From contig CP122380.1 of the NCBI GenBank assembly GCA_024650005.2, positions 32,001 to 96,000 of the forward strand: a stretch of 64,000 bases of DNA, written 5' to 3'. The translations under genes and the position numbers were made by a program. This stretch comes from Candidatus Bathyarchaeum tardum. GTDB taxonomy: Archaea > Thermoproteota > Bathyarchaeia > Bathyarchaeales > Bathyarchaeaceae. The notes under the pieces are model-generated. The model was not told the origin of the DNA. It ran no database searches and saw nothing but the letters and a program-made list of their open reading frames with translations. Below, piece after piece: positions 57,583-64,000 of this stretch (the first letter of the stretch is position 1; the number at the start of each line of letters is the position of its first letter).

Positions 57583-58665
57583 TTATTTGTTATCAGTTGT
57601 AGATTCAGCTTCTTCAACAGGTTGTTCTTCAGGAATGTTCTTCAATTTTCGTTTGTAACAAATCAGAGGATTCACTGCTCCTTGGCATTCTGGATCACGT
57701 GAAACACAAATTCCATGAGTGTGTAAGGTGGCACAGTTGGGGGGAGTGTATTTTGTACCTGAACCGCGGGTTCCGGCAATGTGCTCTACTTGATAGCGAG
57801 TCATTCGTTCATTGAAGTCTGAAACAGAACGGAAAAAACTGAAAACATCTTCTGAACTCATACCAATACTAATCATAAAAGACGTTAACCCGAATCGCCC
57901 CAAATGGGAAACAGGACGACCAGCTGAAACCCGATTATAAACATCCTTGATACAAGGAGGAAAAGCTTCCATCACTACCCGCTCGGGCATTTGTTCAAGA
58001 CGGATTTGCTCTTGTTTTTCTGCTGCTAATTCCCTCAATTTATTGACACGATCAAACAGAGCAGGAGGAAGAGAACGAATCGTTGTATCAAGGCGATTTT
58101 CAATATACTTCCGAACCTCTTCTTCTAATAAGCGGCTTACCTCTCGCGTTGTAAGATAAACTGCACCATCAACCAATAAATGGTTAACAAGTTTCCAGTT
58201 TTTGTCATGAAAACCTGTCGCGTTACGTAAGAAAATTGGAAAATTTACTGTAAAAGAATAGGGCTGAAAACTAAGATCATCAACAAGTTTTGCATTCCAA
58301 CCAAAATTGTTTGTAATCTCCAAGAGTTTTTCCTTTTCTTCATTTTCTAGTAAAGCAGATGCACGTTTTGCTTCTGCTAGGGCGTATCTACTTTTTATAA
58401 AGGATTCTTCAGTCGCAACAACCAGCATGATAGCGATTGGAAAAGAAAAAATTTCAATCTCATGATCTTTTGGTTCATCACGAGGTTGAGTTTTGGAATA
58501 TGCCGACATATCAAGTAAAGCGTCGTGGATCCGCTTTTCGGCACGATCCAAAAAAGGAACAAAAAAATCACTTTCTAGATCGCTAATATCTAGACCCATT
58601 TGTCTTACGTGATCAGCAGCATCTTTCATGAAAGGATATTTTGCTCGGTCGTAAGCAGTTAGTAA
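57583..58665 (-). CDS. priL: DNA primase large subunit; start uncertain (first ATG 58629, conserved N-terminus extends further)
   Basis: DRAKYPF upstream of the first ATG; RYALAEAKR, WKLVN, FPPC, H..RF, DF.E..TRYQVEHIAG, Y.PP.C, G.C Fe-S ligands. Confidence 0.93.
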   Translation of the reverse strand, partial: LLTAYDRAKYPFMKDAADHVRQMGLDISDLESDFFVPFLDRAEKRIHDALLDMSAYSKTQPRDEPKDHEIEIFSFPIAIMLVVATEESFIKSRYALAEAKRASALLENEEKEKLLEITNNFGWNAKLVDDLSFQPYSFTVNFPIFLRNATGFHDKNWKLVNHLLVDGAVYLTTREVSRLLEEEVRKYIENRLDTTIRSLPPALFDRVNKLRELAAEKQEQIRLEQMPERVVMEAFPPCIKDVYNRVSAGRPVSHLGRFGLTSFMISIGMSSEDVFSFFRSVSDFNERMTRYQVEHIAGTRGSGTKYTPPNCATLHTHGICVSRDPECQGAVNPLICYKRKLKNIPEEQPVEEAESTTDNK

Positions 58666-58678
58666 CTGCTTAACCTCC
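58652..58678 (-). promoter_or_regulatory. SD GGAGGT directly followed by a 21-bp palindrome at the priL 5' end
   Basis: TAAGCAGTTA-G-TAACTGCTTA (58652-58672), perfect 10-bp arms; ACCTCC at 58673-58678. Confidence 0.6.
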
Positions 58679-58689
58679 TACATTGTTTG

Positions 58690-59445
58690 TTATTCTACTT
58701 CTATTCTAGGAGCCAAGAAAAACTTTAGGCTTCCTTCTTTTTCTTGCTTAAAATCCAGTTGGATTGGCATGTCAGTAGAAAATTCAATAACAACAATTTC
58801 TGAAGTAGGCACAGCAGCTTTCACAATTTCAGAAAGGTAACTCAAACTAAAAGTGGCTTTAGAAGCTTCTTTTGCTTTCATTTCCAAAAGAACATCAGAG
58901 CCGGTAGCAAATTCAATTTTTGCCCCCATTATGTCCCCTGCTGCAGTCATAATCATCTTGTCATTATCAGCCTCAATTCTTACATGGTCACTTACCAAAG
59001 AAGCGTCTTCGATAGCTTCACGGAGTCCCTGAGTAGTAGTTTTTGCACAGACATTAAACGTGACTTTTGGAGTTGGAACTTCTTCATCCATGGCTTCCAA
59101 GGTAGGCATATGGAATGTACGTGAGTAATTTCCTTTAATTGAAATTTTGAGTTTTCCAGTTTTTTCATCTAAAGAAAGTTCAACTGATTCGTCTTTACCT
59201 GTACGCCTAAGCAACTTCAGCATTTCACTGATGTTGATGCACATTTTCATGGGTTCAACACAAGAATATTCATCAAATACAGTTTTTGGCCATTCGAAAT
59301 CAACCATGGCAACTCGTGAGGGGTCCATTGCGCGAAGCTTGATTCCCTCGGGTGTTACATCAAAAGTGGCTTCGTCTACCAATATCGAAATGGCGCCCAT
59401 CATGTCTTTCAAAAATTTTGCATCAGCCATTTTCGCCTTGAACAT
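58690..59445 (-). CDS. pcna: DNA polymerase sliding clamp PCNA
   Basis: LVDEA.F, AMDPSRVAMVD, FSLSYL, F..DMP, FFLAPRIE. Confidence 0.97.
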   Translation of the reverse strand: MFKAKMADAKFLKDMMGAISILVDEATFDVTPEGIKLRAMDPSRVAMVDFEWPKTVFDEYSCVEPMKMCINISEMLKLLRRTGKDESVELSLDEKTGKLKISIKGNYSRTFHMPTLEAMDEEVPTPKVTFNVCAKTTTQGLREAIEDASLVSDHVRIEADNDKMIMTAAGDIMGAKIEFATGSDVLLEMKAKEASKATFSLSYLSEIVKAAVPTSEIVVIEFSTDMPIQLDFKQEKEGSLKFFLAPRIEVE

Positions 59446-59560
59446 TATCAAATCTCCGTTAGCATTTATGTTTAAACTACCTATAATTTAAGGTGTTTGA
59501 TTCCTAAACATGATCAATAAAAAGAATAGTTTAGACCGTTAATACAGCAAAAAGAAAAAA

Positions 59561-59917
59561 TTAGCTGTATTCACGGAAAGTATAGTTACATTTTGTACAA
59601 CGGAAAAACTGTGTAGAAGATTCGTCAGTTCCCCTTGTTTGTACTTGCCATGCATAAGCTGTATTGTTCCCACATTTTGGACATTCTATTCTTACGGTAG
59701 GCAAAGTACGAAGTTTTTGTTGTTCTTTATCGATAATAGCTATGGAGGCATCGGAAGAATGGTCTATAGTTTTAGGTACAACAGATGGTTTTTCTCCAGT
59801 TTTTCGTTTGTAGCCACATTTGGGGCATACAAGGTAGAAAACAGGTTTTTTTGAATTCTTTTCGCGACGTGAAACAAGTCGCATTCCGCAATCAGGACAA
59901 AACTCCACGCTATTCAC
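59561..59917 (-). CDS. tfs: transcription factor S
   Basis: FCPDCG..CPKCG; CPKCGN..AY.WQVQTR..DE..TQFFRCTKC; acidic DE hairpin intact. Confidence 0.95.
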   Translation of the reverse strand: MNSVEFCPDCGMRLVSRREKNSKKPVFYLVCPKCGYKRKTGEKPSVVPKTIDHSSDASIAIIDKEQQKLRTLPTVRIECPKCGNNTAYAWQVQTRGTDESSTQFFRCTKCNYTFREYS

Positions 59918-59947
59918 CTCATGGTTCTGCGCAATCTGGGTTACAGT

Positions 59948-60556
59948 TTAATCATTTAAATCTTTGCTTTGAATCTGACTTAAACCAGAGGCAATTATAT
60001 GGGCTACACGCAATGCCTCAGGAATCTTAGCAATGGTTAAAGTTTTTTTCAGAATTTTTTGGGCGTCTTCACACGAGATGCCTGCAACCTGTAAATAAAC
60101 AGGTTTTAATCCAGGTTTAACTTCAACTTCAAAAAGCTCACCAACATTTTGTATAGCATTCCATCGCACATCAAAGTCTGGAAGATTTAGTAAAGCGGCT
60201 TTTATTTCATCTAAATTTGGGTTTTCTTCCACAACTGTAACTACAGGCAAACCAATCAAAGTGAAAAGTTTACGAATATCTACAACGTTAAACCCACCAA
60301 AAGTAATACCGTTTAAAAAAACCACACGAATTTCTCCATAATAGGGAGAATTTTTAATCATTAAAGCAAAATTTTCTGTAGCATCTAAACCATCAATTGT
60401 TATTTTGGTTTTCATTACACCTTCAAACAAGTACGCCCCACGATAGACAACCCCCACAATGTCTACTGTTCCTTTAGTATGAGGAACAAACGTTCCATCA
60501 TCAATACCTAAGACGCGAATTTCAGGCTTTATTGAACGAAAAGGTTTAGGAAACAA
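59948..60556 (-). CDS. DUF99 / UPF0215 endonuclease V-like protein
   Basis: RVLGIDDG, IDGLDAT, GITFGGFNVVD, IPEALRVAH.IASG. Confidence 0.9.
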   Translation of the reverse strand: MFPKPFRSIKPEIRVLGIDDGTFVPHTKGTVDIVGVVYRGAYLFEGVMKTKITIDGLDATENFALMIKNSPYYGEIRVVFLNGITFGGFNVVDIRKLFTLIGLPVVTVVEENPNLDEIKAALLNLPDFDVRWNAIQNVGELFEVEVKPGLKPVYLQVAGISCEDAQKILKKTLTIAKIPEALRVAHIIASGLSQIQSKDLND

Positions 60557-60637
60557 AATTGTTCATTAGCCAATCAGTTTGCTTAGCCTTTAAATTTTGT
60601 TTATACATTAAATAGACTTTAACAAGCAGGGAAGTAC

Positions 60638-61012
60638 ATGTTCACATTAAATAAAAACCATGAAACCCTTAGCGAAATTTTGATGGATCAAAAACTTGCC
60701 AAACTAGGAGATGCATATGTGAATTTCCTTTATTCTTTGGCATTGTCAAAAAAAATCGGCGAAGCTACAGGAGTTAAAGTTAAAGGGAGATTACTTGCAG
60801 ACGCATTTAAAAAAGCAGATTTACGAAAGTTTTTACCCTCAAGAGTTGACTGCCATAAACAAGCAGATGCTGCCGAGGCATTAATTGTATATCCATGGAT
60901 ACAGGGTACAATGACAATGGAAGAAGGGTTAAAAATACTCGAACAAACAGAAGATGACGTAGATGCTTTCTGCAACCTTCTACTTATTGCTAAAACAAAA
61001 AGTAGAAAATAA
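60638..61012 (+). CDS. archaeal RNase III-family (mini-III-like) protein
   Basis: LAKLGDAYVNF.YSLA, ADAAEAL signature. Confidence 0.85.
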   Translation: MFTLNKNHETLSEILMDQKLAKLGDAYVNFLYSLALSKKIGEATGVKVKGRLLADAFKKADLRKFLPSRVDCHKQADAAEALIVYPWIQGTMTMEEGLKILEQTEDDVDAFCNLLLIAKTKSRK

Positions 61013-61018
61013 TAACTT

Positions 61019-61312
61019 TCAGTCAGCCTTGTAAGATTTAGATGCCTTCTTGAAGGCGGTATGAAAATCTTTGCTAAGGTCAAGGACTTTCTTTGTGGCT
61101 CCAAGTATAGCGTCTTCTGGCTTTAGTTTGTCTTTGGTGTGAACAAACAACACACCACTATCAATTAGCGGATGGGGCACATGATATCCTGCAACTTCAA
61201 TTTCAGAATCTTCCAAAAGAGTCTTTTGAAGTAAATTCAAAATGGAGTGTCCAGCACCTTCAATTTCAATTTTCAGTTCATTTTCTGAACTTTTTATAAC
61301 ATTAACTTTCAT
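61019..61312 (-). CDS. rpoL: RNA polymerase subunit L (Rpo11)
   Basis: IEG.GHSILNLL...L, AGY.VPHPL. Confidence 0.95.
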   Translation of the reverse strand: MKVNVIKSSENELKIEIEGAGHSILNLLQKTLLEDSEIEVAGYHVPHPLIDSGVLFVHTKDKLKPEDAILGATKKVLDLSKDFHTAFKKASKSYKAD

Positions 61313-61913
61313 TTTGCTCAACCTCACGAGTAGTTGTTATTTCATCTTTTCCATAATCTGGAGCTAATTTTCTTCGTTCATTGTTTCCGCAACTAGAACA
61401 GTGCAATCCCCCACGATTTTCAGGCTTTAATGGATGACCACATATGGAACATAGGGCATAAAGTACTCCTAAATCATTGTTTGCAGTCGTTAAAAAGAAA
61501 GACCTATTTTCAGTGCTAATCACTTTTGCACGCAAAAGGTCACCAGCCTTACAGATATTAAACATGTTATCCACGTAGCCACGACTTACACCGGAAATGT
61601 GCAACATCCCTTTGAACTCGCCAGAAATTTTTTTGTCACCAACGTGAGAAATCGACAGAACAGCATTTTTGCTTTTTACGTCTGAAACCATCCCAACTAC
61701 AATATCTCCAACGCGGGGAAAAGTTGCTGATTTAACAAGAGGGAAGACTGAAACTTCTCGGTTTAACATGTCTAACAGTGTACGACCAGTAATTTTTGAG
61801 TGAATTACTCCGTCGTCTACATATGTTCCCGGTCCAGACGTAAACTCTTCTATGACGCCTAAACTGTCTCCGGGAACAACGAAGAGTCCACTTTTTCTTT
61901 CAGATTCTGTCAT
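61302..61913 (-). CDS. csl4: exosome complex component Csl4
   Basis: VVPGD.LG..EEF..G.GTY, S1 domain, LGV..ALCSICG...CSSCG..ERRKLA. Confidence 0.95.
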   Translation of the reverse strand: MTESERKSGLFVVPGDSLGVIEEFTSGPGTYVDDGVIHSKITGRTLLDMLNREVSVFPLVKSATFPRVGDIVVGMVSDVKSKNAVLSISHVGDKKISGEFKGMLHISGVSRGYVDNMFNICKAGDLLRAKVISTENRSFFLTTANNDLGVLYALCSICGHPLKPENRGGLHCSSCGNNERRKLAPDYGKDEITTTREVEQNES

Positions 61914-62557
61914 TAATTTTTTCCTTCTATTCGATACAAATCCACATGTGTAATTTGTTTTTCCTTAGTGTGAAACTTGAACATCCTAGGAATTTCCATT
62001 GTCATAGGAAATATGTTAGTTATTTTTCCGCCATGCTCCTCAATAAACCTTTTGATAAAGGCGCGGTTACTATCCCCACCTTTATGAAATGAATAAATTG
62101 TATGACCTAACTCTAACGATTTAACTATGAAACGCCTATCAGCGCGCCTTTTTTGAACACCAAAAGGAGGATTTTGCAAAACAGTATCAAAATTACCACA
62201 AACAACATCGATGTCCCCCACAACCCAATTTGTTTTTTCTTTAAAATTCATTAAATCAGCATTTTTTTGAGCAATTTTAACTGCAACAGAATCAATATCC
62301 ACTCCAAAAACTTCTTTAGCACCCAAGAAAACAGCCCCAATCGCTAACCGAGCAGTCCCACAACCTAATTCCATCACAGTTTTATCGAGGATATCATCAA
62401 AAACGTAGGCTGCCAAATGTAGAACATCTGCCGCAACAGTTGATGGCGTAGCATACTGTTCAAAGCAAGCTTTAGGTGCAGGATTAACTTCAATGGATGA
62501 AAGCGCCCGTTCTAGATCGCGTTTTCTAACCAACCGTTTTTGAGCAGGTCTTCCCAT
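61913..62557 (-). CDS. METTL5-family N6-adenine methyltransferase
   Basis: EQY.TP, ELGCGTA.L, GVDID, QNPPFG, AD..F, YS.H. Confidence 0.92.
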   Translation of the reverse strand: MGRPAQKRLVRKRDLERALSSIEVNPAPKACFEQYATPSTVAADVLHLAAYVFDDILDKTVMELGCGTARLAIGAVFLGAKEVFGVDIDSVAVKIAQKNADLMNFKEKTNWVVGDIDVVCGNFDTVLQNPPFGVQKRRADRRFIVKSLELGHTIYSFHKGGDSNRAFIKRFIEEHGGKITNIFPMTMEIPRMFKFHTKEKQITHVDLYRIEGKN

Positions 62558-63516
62558 TTCAGCTCCCCTAACAAGACACGTGTTTCATTAATTGACAAAA
62601 TAGGTTTATCAAAATTGGGTGCGTCATCCAAAGCGAGTCTTGGACAAGCAGTATTCACGAAGGCATCTATAGTTGGAAATTGCATAAGCGCTGGCGGTGA
62701 AATTTCTTTTAGGGCAAACAAAGTAGTAGAAAATCCATTTTTTTCAAGTTTCTCTTTGATGGTTTGTGCGTTTTTAAACTTCATCTGTCCAGGTTTTAGG
62801 CTCACTAATATTCCAAAATGTTTTGCAGTTTTAGCTTCAGATATGTTAGCCCAGCGTTGCATCACAATACGTCTGGTTTGATCCTGAATAGGATATGCTA
62901 TTTGTTCATATGGATCTGCAATTATTGTAGGTTTTCCAGTCGTTAAGGCTACCCCTATTGCATGAAAGCGACCGCCACCAACATAAACGTACGCTTCAAC
63001 ATTTTCTAAAACAGCTAATGCATTACTGAAATCGCAGCCCAGAACTTGTCCAGGATACTTGAGATGCCCAGCGTTGCCGACAAAAACAGTTTTTTCTGCA
63101 GCTTCCAACTGATTTTTTACTTCATCCAACTGGTGAATATGCTGAACAGTTGTGATTAAACCAATTTTATTCCAACATTTAAGAAGAGACAAAGCTTTTG
63201 CTATCACTTCGCTTATCCCGATTTTAATTGGGGCTTCAAAATAAACTGTTGGAATTTTAGAATTTTGGATCATTGAAGTGTGTCCATAATGTATGATCAA
63301 ATCGGCACCCAAAAGTTCAGCTTCAGAAACAGCTAAGTCACAAGCTCCATAACAGGGATCCGATGAAACAATAGGTAATACTCCAAAGTCTTGAACAATT
63401 TTAGCTAGACGGGGGGCTTCTGGTTTTAGTCCTTCAGGAAGCTGCAATAACACAATTTTTGGAGCTCGTTTTGTAAGCTCTTCTTTGAGTTGGTTTTCTT
63501 CAAAATCAAAGGACAT
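62512..63516 (-). CDS. dph2: diphthamide biosynthesis enzyme Dph2
   Basis: LQLPEGLK, CYGACD, HYGH, TTVQH, GQVLGC, GRFH, K.GQ, TACPR. Confidence 0.95.
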   Translation of the reverse strand: MSFDFEENQLKEELTKRAPKIVLLQLPEGLKPEAPRLAKIVQDFGVLPIVSSDPCYGACDLAVSEAELLGADLIIHYGHTSMIQNSKIPTVYFEAPIKIGISEVIAKALSLLKCWNKIGLITTVQHIHQLDEVKNQLEAAEKTVFVGNAGHLKYPGQVLGCDFSNALAVLENVEAYVYVGGGRFHAIGVALTTGKPTIIADPYEQIAYPIQDQTRRIVMQRWANISEAKTAKHFGILVSLKPGQMKFKNAQTIKEKLEKNGFSTTLFALKEISPPALMQFPTIDAFVNTACPRLALDDAPNFDKPILSINETRVLLGELKWEDLLKNGWLENAI

Positions 63517-63632
63517 TTTTTCACCTAACATTTGAAAGTTAGAAATCAGAAAGAAAATGCTTCAGTAAAGAAGCAAAATCATCTATTACTGTTACTTAAA
63601 AGCAACAATCAGGTTATTTAATGTTCAGACAA

Positions 63633-64000
63633 TCATGCAAATTTTTTGATCAGATATTTTGCATTAGTTTCAGTTATTCCCAATTCTTTGGCGATTTTTA
63701 TTGAATCTTTATTGTTTTTCTTGATAATATCGATTAGTTCAATTTCTATGTCTTTGACTGAAAGCAAAGTTTCAACAACTTTGTCAGGGTTAACACCAAT
63801 AGAATCTAAATGCATAGTTAAGAACTTAAGAAAACCTTTTCCGAGGTCACTTGGTGCTTGACCACATATTCCAACAGGTCGTACAGGATTCATCGAATGG
63901 GCTCCTTCACACAACATTTCGATGGCTTTTGTTACTGCAGGATTAGATTCGTCAAATTCCCAGGCAATTTTTTCACTATCACGATCAATTCCAAGAGTTA
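63633..64000 (-). CDS. ppsA: phosphoenolpyruvate synthase, C-terminal part (5' end outside window)
   Basis: LGIDRDS...FDE.NPAV, GICGQAPSD, DSIGVNPD. Confidence 0.88.
   Translation of the reverse strand, partial: TLGIDRDSEKIAWEFDESNPAVTKAIEMLCEGAHSMNPVRPVGICGQAPSDLGKGFLKFLTMHLDSIGVNPDKVVETLLSVKDIEIELIDIIKKNNKDSIKIAKELGITETNAKYLIKKFA

Overview
Gene-dense archaeal core-genome segment of a TACK-type archaeon, most consistent with Bathyarchaeia. This placement is inferred from a crenarchaeal-type PolB1, a TackOD1 Zn-finger protein, RadB, Gins15 and an Aeropyrum-type mevalonate pathway. It holds three conserved superoperons on the minus strand. (i) rps13-rps4-rps11-rpoD-rpl18e-rpl13-rps9-rpoN-eno-rps2-MEMO1, fused to the lower archaeal mevalonate/isoprenoid pathway (mvk, AMPD, PMDh-L/S, ipk, fni, GGPP synthase) and gltX. 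(ii) rpl7ae-rps28e-rpl24e-adk-aIF5B, followed by a type IV pilus operon. (iii) dph2-METTL5-csl4-rpoL-tfs-pcna-priL-priS-gins15-rpl44e-rps27e-aIF2alpha, with nop10-PAC2 displaced to the other strand. Also present are aglB, topA, carS, radB, ino1, speB and one tRNA-Pro(CGG). No CRISPR array, transposase or integrase was seen. The main leads are: an OSTC/DC2-like membrane protein near aglB (possible multi-subunit archaeal OST); a PAC4-like proteasome chaperone; an unannotated ~187-nt structured RNA candidate upstream of rpl7ae; a dispersed intergenic repeat family, two inverted copies of which bracket an apparent ~12-kb inversion; rpoN and priL lacking any in-frame ATG/GTG/TTG upstream of their conserved N-termini; a bacterial-type adenylate kinase in the usual ndk slot; and a tRNA-Pro with A37. 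Family assignments come from motif recognition without database searches.
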